Source: Tubulanus polymorphus (lineage: Eukaryota; Animalia; Nemertea). From it: a DNA stretch of 64,000 nt. The notes beneath the pieces are model-generated. The model ran no database searches, was not told the DNA's origin, and saw only the letters and a list, made by a program, of their open reading frames with translations. Of the stretch, positions 27,414 to 41,021 are shown in pieces. The translations under genes and the position numbers were made by a program. The stretch covers positions 8,650,485-8,714,484 of the forward strand of contig NC_134027.1 in NCBI RefSeq assembly GCF_964204645.1, given 5' to 3'. Position 1 is the stretch's first letter. Every line of letters starts with the position of its first letter.

Positions 27414-27590
27414 AGAATCCCACAATAATGACGAGAAAATAATATAGAAGTCCGAAAATGTTTCCTTGAGCTGGTAGTTTATTCATTATTCCTGACTGGT
27501 CTAGTCTACAATCGAAACGTTGAATAAAGTACCAGCTCAAGGAAACATTTTCGGACTTTATTCTTTTCTCGTCTTTATAGTGGAATTCTC
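27414..27590. repeat. Long inverted repeat (~70-bp arms, ~35-nt loop) with degenerate minimal hammerhead motif in the loop
   Basis: Arm aagtccgaaaatgtttccttgagctggtagtttattca pairs with tgaataaagtaccagctcaaggaaacattttcggactt and extends outward to gagaatccca/tggaattctc. Confidence 0.85.
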
Positions 27591-28169
27591 GTTATATTAC
27601 ATAATTCTACAGCTTTCGATCTGCGTTATCCATCATGTATTCAGATATAAGCAAATATTCGCTGAATAGAATAACGTTTTATGGTCCCTGATAAATATTT
27701 GATAACGTAAATCTATCGTTAAACGTAATGATGAAAGAATTCGGAATTGTCCTACTTAATCAAAGAAAAAGATACGGGATAAATTCGAGAATGGATAGTA
27801 AAGCGCGCGTATTCCGAAGAAGCGGCGCAATATAGGAGTCGTAATAGGAGACGGCAATGAAACTAGAGGAGGGGCATTTGTGGTAATATGAAGATTTCTA
27901 ACGTTGTTACTACGACGTGAGTAGATTGAATTCATCGTTGTAAACAGCATTATGACAACTTCATACGAGAGAAATAATTAGACATTTAGAATGAACCAGT
28001 TGAATGCAATTGCCTTTGCAATTTAATTGCTCAGCTATTAGCTAATCCACCACAGCTACTGTGTCGTTAAGTTCGCTACAAATAGACATAATATAGATGC
28101 ATGAAATGCAACAACTGATGAATATATATATGAATATATATGCAAAATGATGCGAGGGATGCACCCTCC

Positions 28170-28395
28170 GATTGAAATGAATCGGAACCGAAATTTCCAA
28201 TTACGTTCTTCGATTTAAACAAAACATTACGTAGAATTCAACCACCGATCACTGTACTTCGATTTCCGATTTCGATTTCAAACCCTCTGTTTCGCTCCCG
28301 GTTGGTCTGGTAGGTTCGTAAGCGACACCAATTCAAAACCAAAACCAAACGAAATTTACCAATCAAATAAATAACAGGATCAATGTTTCAAGATC
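28170..28395 (+). repeat. Dispersed repeat family C, copy 1
   Basis: Shares cggaaccgaaatt..aatta, ctgtacttc, tgg..ggt..gta...gaca and aaat.taccaat...aacagg with 56661-56898 and 62660-62915. Confidence 0.75.
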
Positions 28396-30868
28396 ATAAC
28401 AGAAGTTTGCTGATATAGTCATTGTTTAATATCGTCAAGTTTGAGCCGGTATCGCGTATGAAGCGGTTAATCTCCATTTACGAACCGTGCCCTAAAATCT
28501 AATGATGCCCTCTCTCGAATTGAAATCATTGAAATGAATACGGTATATCGTTAAGTAATCATCACGAATACAACGCTAATGAACTAGCATTCTCCCCGCT
28601 GGATTCATTCCCATGGAAAAGGAAACGCGAGAGAGAGAGTTCGATTTCACGCGAAATTGTCGACACTACAGATCTGAGGTTAAAATGAAATTAATTAAAA
28701 GTGAATTTAATCACGAATATGAACGCAGTCACTGGCGGCGAGAGACGCCATACTGTAAGAAAGTCACTAATAGGCGTTAATGAGAAAGGGAAATCGTGCA
28801 ACGTCGACGTTAATATCAAAGCTCGTATTTCTCATCTACGCGCAGTAATAAAAATACGTACAACAAAGACAGGCGGTTATGAATATAGCGGGCCTTGTAT
28901 GAGTTGCGAGCCGTCGTCGGCGGCTTTAAGCTGCGAGACGAATGATTCATCTGATATTTTTAGCAGTTAGTAGTGGATTAAAAGGTTTTTTTAATGACAT
29001 AAATCTCCAGTGAAGAACGTTAATTGAAATGCTGCGATGGCAGTGGTAACTGCCGTGACAGGTGATGAATCGGTATACAGTTATAGATTAGGATGATTTT
29101 TCCATGGCCGACTTAGCCGACAAGGCTGGCAAGTTAGGAACTGGCAGACAAGACAAAATTTAGATTCTTAATAAATTTTGACGTTACGATATTATAAGCA
29201 ACTTTTTTTTAATACTTTCAATAAATATCAAGTCACGGCTTGTATCCTTCTGAGCGAAGTTAGTCGTCTCAAATAAATCGTCAACTGTTGTCTTATTAGA
29301 CAGCTATGAATCAATTCTATTCTAATAGAAGTCTAGTCTGAAACAAAAAGTTACCCCGGCGAAATACATTTGTTTAAGCCACAATGGTATGAATTCGGCC
29401 TAAACGCATGGGACAGCCAATCTTTTCCGATTCCAATTATGTACTTATGTACCATAAAACAACGACTTAGTGATCAATACTTATAAAAGTGGTGGAGAGC
29501 GGCCATGATAGATTGCTGCATTCAAGGACAATAAACTAGATGATTTCAAAATCTATGGTTTGCCTGATCGTGTTATTGATAATATATTATGTAAATTTTG
29601 TACCACTAACCATAGAGAGATTATGTTGCGATTGTTTTGAAAATATCCCACCCAACTGCATTGCTGTTATAGATATCATATTCATAATTAAATCCAAGTG
29701 CTCACATATCCAACCGGTTCAAATCAAATAGTCGCATTTAAAAAAGTAGGCGCTCTCTCGGGTCATCTTTGAAGATAATTCAAAGGCTAAGTTACTACTT
29801 CTCACTATTTACATTTGAATAAAATATTGTTATACCACCCATGAATGTCAGCATTGTAACCTTGAATTTGTCAATAAAAGTTGATGTAAGCATGTAATTA
29901 TAAGAAGTCGCTTCTACGTTTTGCCCTTTGAATATACGTACGCTTCCGTCGTTTGGAATTATTTGCTTTTTGCCATATTACATGAAACCAATTACTGGCA
30001 TATTTCCCATCGTAAGATGGAAGCGCGCAAACTAGAAACATCGACACGACGCGGATTGTTTAAAAGCAGTTTCTTCGAGAGAAGATAACAGAAGTAAAAG
30101 ATACGGTGGAAGAATCAGTGTATTTTTGATGATCAACGTAGAAAATGGAAAATGCGCATCTCTCTCTCTCTCTCGGATCCGGAATGTGTCGTCTTGTCTC
30201 ACGAACCTCCAACGTGCAGGCGATTTTAAAAGACAGCAATCGTGATTTAAATTAGACCACGGTTATGACGTCACGAAAACACATAACCAAAACGCCGTTT
30301 TCCTCGAAAAAAATTAACAAATCGCGATCGAGCCCTTCAGTTGCCGAAGCTGTATTCATATCATAGGCGACGCGAGACCCGAGCCCTCGACCTTGCAGAC
30401 GGCTTTTCACGAGGTAATTGCATAAATGGGCGCCTTGAGTACATTCGGATGTAAAGAGATTCTGTTGACGCTAATGTTAAGCGGAAGTGGTGTTCATCAG
30501 TCGATACTGCCAAAGGTAATATACATCAAAAGTGAGACCCATTAATGTATGAAATCGACGACGGAACGCAAGGAATCAGGCGCGACGTCTTCGACATTCG
30601 ATCATTGGCTCCACTTTCGTTGTTCGCAGGGAGAAAAAAGCCTTTCCACCTGCATTTTCGCACCGAGACTCGCGACGCCGCCATCACGATATCTGGTTGA
30701 TTTGACTTACACTTTAAGGGGATATGTCTAGTTCGAAGACTGTTTTCAGAAATTTTATGTGTTCATATTTCGAACCATAGATAATCATAACATGAGCAAT
30801 ATGAGGTTTTTCGAAGATTTTCGAGAATAGACGACGAATATAATAGAACAATCAGACTATTGATACCT

Positions 30869-31060
30869 TGTTTCTCATTCCTGCTGAGCTTAAAAGTTGA
30901 CCCAGCCGGCCGACCTATCTTCCCTGTACATTACTTTAAAAAAAAATCCTGATCAAGCTAACAATAACAGACCCGGCACCTATAGGAATGAACTCATTAC
31001 AAATGCGATTTACAAATAGACCAGGCCGATAAGGAGAAGGTATAATTTATAGCCTTACTG
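30869..31060 (+). repeat. Dispersed repeat family D, copy 1 (preceded by TTAAGGGG at 30714)
   Basis: ctgctgagcttaa..gttgacccagccggcc..cctatct...gtacattac...tgatcaagctaac...ggccgat.aggagaa shared with 58285-58485. Confidence 0.8.
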
Positions 31061-32120
31061 TAATTTTTTCTTCTTAGATATCATGTTTCAAATTGGATTA
31101 AAGCAAATGTCCCTTTTGTCAATAATACGTGACGAAATACATATATCGAATATAGGATCGTGCGATGCTGGCCGCTATTAAGCCGTACATGGAAATAGAC
31201 GTCCTCCTTGTTCGCTTAATGCGAGGATGTTCGGCAGTGTTGGGAGAGCTAAAGAAAAGCATACGTGTTTTTGCGCGAATATGGATGTTGTGCACCAAAG
31301 AATCCACCTGCTCCGTCGAAAGAAAAACATCCTCTGAAGCTGATGTAACGTAATGATGGTGACGTTGTGACACGATATTCTGACTGAATGTTCGACGCTT
31401 CGTCGATATAGAGTGTCGACTCGGCGTATATTTAAGCGTCAATTTCATCATCGCCGCTTTGCAAATAACGACGCGTTATTAGAAGAACATAACTCACTAA
31501 TACACCGAGGGCTGCAGGATCGAGCGCGCGCGATATGAAGAAAAAAATATACTTACTGATCAATTCATCAATTTCAAATATTCAGCGGAAGTGATAAATA
31601 TGGCGAGAACATGGAAGGAACGCCGCTTTTTAACGTAATGAATATAAACGCTATGCGAGAAAACTCTGGTAATCGTGGCGAAGGACCGACTAAAATATAA
31701 ATAAAAATGAAAGCCAGTCCCTAAGGAAATCCACAGACGCCCTTTTTCTGCTACTCGCGCTCCAAAAAAACTTAACTTATTTGCGCGCGTTACTTGTGAG
31801 GAATATACCTGATAGAAGGGCCCTTGAATCAATAAGCACAACATATAAACACGTTGAACACACAAAGATCTCGACTGACTGGCGTATATTTTTGCAGGAA
31901 ACAAATATGGCGTCGCTTATGGTCTGGAATATTCGCTTTTTACGCGAATAAAAAACCGGCATCGGGAAAATATACGCGGATCTTCACAATGATGATACGA
32001 GCACCACAACAATGCGGTTATAGTATTCGAAGTTATGAAAACTATTTCGACGGCTACGAAAACAACCTCAACCAGCAGCAGCATGAGGCTGCCATGGCGC
32101 GATGCACGAATATCATATAC

Positions 32121-32370
32121 AATTCACATCAAATCAACTTTTTCACCTGACTCTTAACAAGTGCTCTTAGATTGTAGCTTTACGTTTAACCGTAATATGA
32201 ACTAGGTTCTGGAATTACGAATTTGATTAATTCCGTTGTTAGGCTTGGTTATCGTGGCGTAAATGAATTCATATCGAATCAACTTTTTCACCTAACTCTC
32301 AACAAGTGCTCTTAGATTGAAGCTTTAAGTTTAACCGTAATTGGAACTCGGTCGTGGAAATGCGAATTTG
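32121..32370 (+). repeat. Local direct duplication, ~105-bp units with period 145
   Basis: 32121-32225 and 32266-32370 share aatcaactttttcacct.actct.aacaagtgctcttagattg.agcttta.gtttaaccgtaat. Confidence 0.85.
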
Positions 32371-32704
32371 GCTCTGGATGAAACATCAAGAATGCACTCT
32401 CCTTTTTTTTCCAATCGAATAGTCAAATATAACGGACGACTGTAAAACTCTGTCCCTTGTCCTCACCTCGTCATGTTTTCGCCCATCTCTAAAGCCTTTT
32501 CAGTTTATATTTCCTCACGTGAGCAGAGATGCTTATTCACACCAGGAAAATACAAATATACATGCGAGAATGAAATGAAACACTCACCGTGGCTTTATGC
32601 ACATTTTCGCCGTCTAAGGCTTTCTGTACTTTCTGGAAATAGTCCGTATCGAGCGAAAAGCCTCTTTTTAGAACTTTGACCGGATGCCTGGGGAAGCGCC
32701 GTAC

Positions 32705-32725
32705 CTTTCCCGATGTATCCGACAT
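32705..32725 (-). CDS. PLEKHG7: Alternative first coding exon MSDTSGK (phase 0)
   Basis: atcATG start, donor AAG|gtacgg; joins the 17291 acceptor in frame (MSDTSGKESDEEF); CpG-rich leader and promoter region 32730-33350. Confidence 0.55.
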
Positions 32726-35700
32726 GATCGTCCAGTTTAATCTCCGCGATAACAGATGTGGTTTTTATTTCAGCGATGTCGTCGTGAGTTAGTATTTGAT
32801 TTACGCTAGGGCATAATAATATTTCCGGCCGCGGATGCGTACGCGATGAACTACTACTATACGTGTCGAGTCGGTTTCCACTTTCCCGCACTTGTCGTAT
32901 CGGTCGTTGTTGCGGTCAGATTCAACCGCGATAGCGACGACTACTTGCGCACAAGCGGCGTTCGCTATTTCTATCGCACCGTTGGCGTCTCCTCCCCCTC
33001 GATGTTTGCTCGTGGATTAATGACGCGACTGTGACTAACCGTATGCCCGATTTCGTAGAATCTTACCTTCTTATCGATGTCGCCGCGAACGACTGCCGTG
33101 TGTACGAACGTGCGCTCGGTTGTGCGTGAACGCTTTTCGGACGGCGAATCTGTTCGCGCAGTTGTCGTCGTCGTCGATCGGTTTCGGAAAACAAGAGCAA
33201 ATATTTAAATCACGCAAAAACGCAGCCGTCGAACAAATGCCGTCGACGCTAGTTTGATATCCGCAATTTGTCAAAGAAAATCACGCAATCAGAAACGGTC
33301 GGCCGTTCGAGATCACGAACGAAATGGAATAGAACACCGAATCGGCTGCCGGGCTATTAACAGAATGAAGTCTATGATCTATACGAGGCTCGACTGTGCA
33401 ATTGAACGGTTGCATCTCCTGCTTTGATATTCATTCCCGCAGTTTTGGACGATGGAGGGGATTTTTCTTATAAGATCGTCAATTATCGTAATAATCAACG
33501 AAAGTCGTCGCAGTGTTTGGCAGTATTCATGAGTCAAGCAGGCAGTCGTCACAAGCGCGTTCAATGAAATATTCTCGACACGTTACTTCTTTCTTTTTTT
33601 CTCAAATTAATCCGCGCTCGATGCATTGATTCAATTTTTTTACGAATGGACTCGAAAAGTTGAAAGGCTGGTTATCGAGGTTTGTCCAAGTAATTCCAAA
33701 GCGTAATTGGCATGCATCGGCAAATTTTCGAATATGAAGTCGAAACCTTCGCGGTTGAATCGAATTTGTAAACTCTTATTTTGACAACCCGTTGCCACCT
33801 ACTGGGCGATTAATCACGACGGATCGGTAAATCCATTTAGTTCTTAAGCATGCTGACTTTAATCTACGCGGATTAACGTAGATAATCACCAACATTAGAT
33901 ATCTACTGTGGACTAATAGAAAACACCGTGTTATATTTCCGCACCGTTTGCTGCACATTAACTATGGTTTATCATATCATTAAATGTCATTAAATATCCA
34001 TATATGCTTTGGTAATTTCGTCGTTAACGTTGTTCATAACGCGGGCGAGTCTAATATTCATACAACGGTAATGAAGTGAAATTCTTCATAAAGGTTAGTT
34101 AGGCATAAAGTTGCATCCTCCGTCTTTGAATCGTGGAGCATATCTGTTTTCAGGATCGATTATGCTCCTGTTCTCACAGCGCGGTTATCAAGATGAGGCT
34201 TGTCGTCTGCGATGAAGTTGCCGCCTGTCAATCATGCTCGATTTGGTTTCAGTGCCGTCTTTCGGTCCCTCAGTCGGTATTTCCTTGCAAGGCGCGCAAT
34301 AAGGCGAAAACTTCGTTTATTTTCGGGACCCGACATACGCAATGCGCTATCGTTTACTTGCCACGTAAGGTTAACCAGGAATCTCGAATCTCAGTCAGCT
34401 TGCCAATATTGCGACGGCATTTCGACGAACATGAAATAAGCAGTTTAACCTTTACGCAGTCGGAATATTAAGAAGAGAGACGAAGTCCGTCTTTCTTATA
34501 CCCAGAGCTTAAAAAAGATTAGATACGGGTAGCCATTTTTAGCTTCGTTCCGGTGCATATAGAATATTGTTAATCGCGAGTATCTTGCATCTTTGTCGAG
34601 GACTCGTATAGCGTGTAATTGTACAATATATGGCATATCTGTTCAGTCGAACTTATAATAACTGAAACATAATTCATCAAGAAGGCCCCGACATCAATAC
34701 ATCATTTACGATGTTAGATTTGCCCGTATCTCGCAAAAACATGACGGGGAATCAATCAGACCGACAATCGATCAATTACTATATCCTCAGGACACCGATC
34801 GTTAGTTTCCTATAAAGAGTAAATTTTTCATTTAGTGTGTCCACACGCCAATATACGGAATATGCCGGTAGCTATTCAAACTATACGACCTGGGCATCAA
34901 ATTGATTCGGAACTGTCGTGGGAATCACCGTCGTATTATTAGTCAACAACCTGGCCCCATACAGGAATTCTCTCGGTATAAGGTCGCCGTTGATTTGACA
35001 ACAAATAACATTTAACGAAGTCCGCCTACGCCGTATAGCAACTACCTCTCCCTCTCCTTCCCCCTGTTCCCAACTGCTAATCGCTTTGTCTGGTGCGCGG
35101 CCCGAAAAACGCTGACACAACAAATTACGTTATCCGGCAAGCATGAAATGAACCGCACACAGGATACTGCGAAGGCTGCCATCCCTTTCGTGTGATAATT
35201 ACCGTTTTAGCACGGTTAATCACCTGCCGCTGCCTGCCTCCACAACACTGTACACATTCAGAGCCGATCATCTTTCGCATCATCTGTCTGCGCGACAAAA
35301 TCCGTCAATGTATCCGTCGAACGGCCATTGATCGCCTTTCATCCTCCTAATTTTTAATCATTTCTCAGATTTTTTTCATTTGGTTGATACCATCCTCTGT
35401 TTCTTTAACTTGGTAACATTATACTTCTTTCTTCAACTTGTCAATACGGTAAATGGTAAACTTTGGAAGCGCAATAGGCATATTAGCGGGTAATGGCGAT
35501 GATGAGAAATCTATTGTCTAGATTTTTAAATTGTCAGTCACTCTGTCATTCATTATCTCCGTTTGGCATTTGGAAAACAAGGCTTTCATCTTGACCTCTG
35601 ACATTATAACATCCCGCATCGTTTCACGGTAAATTAATGCGAATTAATACTAAGTAGAGTGATGTCAGTAGTTTGTAAAGTTGGTATATATAGATACCAT

Positions 35701-35926
35701 GTCAACTTCACATAAACAATCTTATTCTGCTACGAAATACTTTAACAACATTATCCTGCTATAAAATACAGCAGTGTGAAAGTCCTTTTCTTCCACTTTT
35801 TCTATTCGGCGCTAATGAGACCAACGGTAGGGGAACACTTAGGGAACCATTTCCCGTCAATTGATGTGGCACTTACGTCCTAAAATGACCCGTAAATTGA
35901 TAATACGCATATAAATGCCTACCTAC

Positions 35927-35988
35927 CTGTTTCGGCACTCGTAATAAGTTCTCTTCGCTTGCGGTTAACGTCGAATTTTTCCGATGAA
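35927..35988 (-). CDS. PLEKHG7: Internal coding exon (V)HRKNSTLTASEENLLRVPKQ, phase 1 to 0
   Basis: Acceptor ttggtcttttttag|TT, donor CAG|gtaggt; 62 nt; bridges the phase-1 donor at 40771 to the phase-0 acceptor at 17291. Confidence 0.8.
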
Positions 35989-38900
35989 CTAAAAAAGACC
36001 AACACACGCATACTATATTATCATATATACGTATAAAATGCAGCCGGCGACGGCGATGAACAAACTTCACATCATTTATTAAATGTGAATGGCAGCATCG
36101 GAAATTGAAAACTCGTATCCGTTCTGCCTGACGTGATATCCACAAAATTGCACGCCCTAGTCCGGACCCGAATGATATGTTATTCATAATAACATAGAAC
36201 ATATCAGTCACGAATATAGGCTTGGAAATACATGGACGACATGAAATCCGAACCATTAGCCTAATTGGGGCTAGATTAAATTAGTTTGAAAAATGATTAC
36301 GCGAACCGAAATTACATCGTATATTTTCATCATAATGCATATATATGTATAATGTGATGAAAGTAGCGGATTCTCGTCAGGCAGTAATCTTCAATCATTT
36401 TCTAGAACGTGGGGCTAATACGGTAAGAACAAATTACCGCGGTCTCATTTTCTGGCTGCGAATTAACGCCGCGACGCAATTGGGTAGATTATGACGTCAA
36501 GCCCGATTCGCTCCGTCTTTTGCAGCAGCGCCGGTCAAAATATGGACTACCGCCAAAGGAGACCCTTTCGCAAAAAGGATGTTCTATTCAAGATAATCAG
36601 ATTGTGGAAGATGATCATGATTAAACATCTAAGGCCTTTTTAAAATAACTTGAGACTTCCTTCGTGTTTTCATTACACTTTCTCAAGAAACAATTTCTAT
36701 TTGCTGATATGTCCGTTTTGTTTATCAATCTAGTATCTTGTAAAGGTTATGTTCATCTCAATTTTCAATCTTATGATTTGCAGTTAGTTTTTTCATTTCT
36801 TCACAATTTTCACTCCCTTTTTTATTTTCTCAGCAGTCCTTCCGAGGTTTTATGTGGAAAATACTAAAATGATACAAGAAAAATCTATTCTGATTTTATT
36901 CCTGTTCCCTTCCATTTTAAATAGAATCTGGTATTCGTATAATCGTTAAGTAATATCCCATGAGATGGAAGACAATTCTGAATCATATTACTCATTAATG
37001 CGCCTATTATAAAAAAAAAAATTCATTTTCATATTTTTCCCTTCGTCCTCTGACTTAATCGTGGAAAAAAATCCGTACTCCAAATCATTAAAAAGGCCTA
37101 AACGTCGCGCAACCCACCATAACGTGTGACAATTTGACAAATAATCTTTTTTCAGTTACGAAATGCTGGCTATAATTCTTATGGCTATAATATATCATTT
37201 AGCTGACGCCTCTACGTGGTCTAACCGGCAATCGTTTTACCATTGACACTAAAACGAATTGGTTTTAGAGTCGGTGGTTTACTATAAGCACAAAACGGTT
37301 ATTTTCTCCGTTAAGATCATTAATCGACATTACCAATGGATTCCGCCGAATTAAAACCCAAAATCGCGATGAAATTCCCCGCGGTAGACGAATAGAACAC
37401 GTGGGGTGAAAATCTGTCGCTAATGCAGGTGGCTGTGCGCACCGGTTGCCAATGGCAGCGAGTGTACTTTCGATTGTTTTAGATAAGATCGGTACCTGGT
37501 CGTATCGTTGTATCTGTTATTATTCGATAGACTAGAAAAATAAACGCACTCCTTAAACGACTGCTCAGTTAAATACTATGTACAGCGAAGTCCTCTTAAT
37601 CCTGACCCGATTTGTCTTTTAGCTATTCCATATTTTTCGCCGGTCCCGTTTATTTCTTGTTAAAAGCGTAATGAATTTTTCAAATAAATCCGCATAAAAT
37701 AAATTTCCGCATTTTCACTAAAATCCGTGGCAGATATTAATGTGGTCCGATTGTGCTTAACAATTGCTTTTATGGTTGGATAATTTGTCATGTAAGAAAC
37801 GTTAAGTCGAATAATTCTTATCACCACTGGAACTTATCACCACCTTCTCCGTCGAGTCGCAGTTTAACCACAGCAGCCGTCCTATCTATACTGATATCCT
37901 GTTTCTACTAAAACTTCGCAGGTTCGTGAACTCCATCGAATTTCATAACAGAATTGCACTAAACACGTGAATTTACCGAAAGGTGGAGTGATTACGGAAA
38001 TGAGAGATAAAAAGGAACACATTTCACATGTTGTAGGTTAGTTTGTGTTACAAATAGGGTTTTCACTTTATTCGTATTTTACGGATTGAGCCAACTGGAC
38101 TGTACGATAGAAATGAAAATATACCTAGAAGAATGGTGGATGGGGAAATGACGTGGTTGTCCCTGTTCTACTATATTCAACGCCAATTTGTTTTTTTGCG
38201 CAGACCATAGCAATTTTCCCATCTAGTTTTTCGTGGAAAAATGAAGGCGAAACCGATGAAATTTGCACAGATAACGAGTATAGTTTCCTATCGTGGATTG
38301 TAGAGCATATTTACTCAGGACACCGCGGTCAACGCTAGTTTGTAAAACATGAACACGTCAACATCACCGTAAATACCAGGGCACTGAATATTATCCGTAT
38401 CCGCATTTCTAATGGTGGCATATTCTAAGAATACGTCAACTGAACGCCCTACAAAAAGGCTTGACGACGCGCGCACCCACGCCACAATTACCAACATAGA
38501 CAGATTAAATACGCGCAACTACTCCAACATGATTCTAGTATCTGAGTAAACAAAAGCTATAGTTGATTCATCGCTTCATTAAACTAATTTACATCGGAAA
38601 GTCTTAATGCCAGTTATAGGGGTGCAGCATATTTCTAGATTGTTTGAGAAAGTAGTTTCACGCTTTTAAGGCATGGATATCTGAAATAAAGTTTGATGCC
38701 CAATGAATTGTTCTTTGTACAGAGTTCGACCGCGGCAGCGAATTTGTCCGTTGCGCAAAAATACGCCGACAAGTTTTGTATCAGTCGGCTTTGTGTGACG
38801 AACAGTCTCTATACGGTTACCGGTATTTTGCAATGCGGAAGTTATTTCCTGTCAGGAATAGCTAATTTCCAATTTTCATTCGGTATCTCAATGAATTGCC

Positions 38901-40770
38901 TAGCTGCTATATCAGCCTCTGGCATCGAAAGGTGGATCATAATTTCTATTAGCACAAATCGAATCACGTGTTCCAGTGTGGCATGTCCCGTGTGAGCTAA
39001 AGTTATTTCGTAAAATCAGATGAAAATAATCGGATTCACTCAACCGTAGAACTGCCTTGAGACAATACGCATATTGATTGTGTGTCGTCAAGGCTAGATA
39101 AGCAATTCCGAGAGAAGTGTCGAGCGTCACTGAATCCGGAAGATATCAGTATCAGGTTCGAATCCTCGCAACATGATGCACGGTTAAACAGATTTATTTG
39201 AAGTTAACCAATCGACAATACCAATATCGGAAAAACACGATTTAGAAAATAAAACGAACAAAATCCTAGAAGTTCAACGTCGGCGAATAACTTCTTATCG
39301 CGCGCACAATGATAAATCAGTGTCAGGATTAGGGCATTTTTTCTTGCCTGAATTGGTGACATTTTGACAACAGAAACAGTTGTGTGTTTTTGACAGAGCG
39401 CAATTGATTTCAACTTGAAAGTAGAATCATTACAATACCGGTGTCACAGGAAAAAGGATATATCTTCGTGTAACGAAATTTTCGTAGTCTTATATACGAA
39501 AACAAATTACGCATATCATCCTGCACCTCTGGCTCTAGATAAGAAAAATGAACAAATTGACGGCTGCAGCGAGAGCGCTCAAAACTCGGCTTCTGGATAT
39601 ATGATAAGTCGATGCAGAACAATGTCTTACAGTCGTTTCTTACTACTATGCGCATCAGAACTTAAAAGGTATCTACAACAATACAGATCAAGCACGTTTT
39701 TTTCTCACTATGATAAACCGCGGTGAAGGCAGTAACGCCAAGATTGATCGATGAATACTTCGAAGTATATCGTATTATCGTGGAAATATTTCTAAATCTA
39801 TCAAGTATGATACAGAGTATGATTTTTACCTGACTCGACCATTGCCAATATTTCTTCACGATCGGAGACATTTTCGCCTCGTAACCTTGAAAAAACATCC
39901 TTTCCCATTAGGAAAGCCGTTAGAAAGCGATGCATCGTGCTATCCTTCGTCATTAATCAGCGCTCGTGCAGTGTCACCTGCCTATCGCAGTTTGACGTCA
40001 CTGTTATCTTTGACAGGATATCAAGACATGCTCATCGAAATACTTATCATTAATAACATCAGTATATACACGACTGAAATGTATGGATAGATTCGTGGAA
40101 ATCGGCATGGCAGTCGTTTGTGATCAGTGCATTCGTTTACTAACAGCGAATAATTAATATTCCAGCGATCCAACAAGGCGTTCAATATACCCGCTGATTG
40201 GAAGGCGTTTGATTGTGTGCTTATTTATATACTTATTATCCGGGCCAAATTCAATCATATTTATATTATATACTGCAAAATTAGTGTTCGCACACGACAT
40301 ATAGCTGTTCATCCGTTCTGCGAAAGGATTAATCTGATTTTTTTCTACACTACTTCGTGAGCTAAGCCGGAACGTTGTTTTATTCACAAGTCGATGAATA
40401 TTCCAAACATTTCTGTTGATAAGAATATGAGTTCTAGCTAATGAACCGTATTGTCGCCATCAGATATTCCAGAAGAAAAGACTTCTGCTTTGCCTATGCG
40501 ATTAGTTAAGCTCATTTTATACGTACTATCAGAAATTACCTTTTCTGCTATTCTATGATTAGGTTTATCGGTATGTTTAGTCGTCCAATTTCTAGATACA
40601 GTACCACGGTGTTTTTTTTGTGGATTAATCTGGACAACATGACTTGAGCACCTAGCATATTCGTTTACTGTATCAAGAATTAGACACCGGTTTGAATATC
40701 CGAGGACATATGCGCTTCTTTCGTTAGCGGCAGCTATAGGAAAGGAATAGACGAAGAAGACAAAACCTAC

Positions 40771-41021
40771 CTTTGACGCCCTCGTCATCGCGCAAGCCGA
40801 TATCAGTGATGATGAGTTCCGGCAGTTTTCGCCACGGGAGCGGCGACGGTGCCGGTGATATACTCGGAGATATGAGCACCTCGTCGCCGTCAAACTCGTC
40901 GGTAACGCGCAGGAATTCGGCAGTAGGGTCGGAATGATGGTGCTGCAAACGACGGCGGACTCGAGCGGCGTCCGGGTGTAACTTCCAGCCATTGTCGGGA
41001 ACTCGACGCTTTTGATTGTGC
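40771..41021 (-). CDS. PLEKHG7: Coding exon HNQKRRVPDNGW...SPSISPAPSPLPWRKLPELIITDIGLRDDEGVK, phase 2 to 1
   Basis: Strong acceptor tttctttttgttccccattgcag|G, donor AAAG|gtaggt; GC-rich 251-nt block within ORF 40724..41125. Confidence 0.85.
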
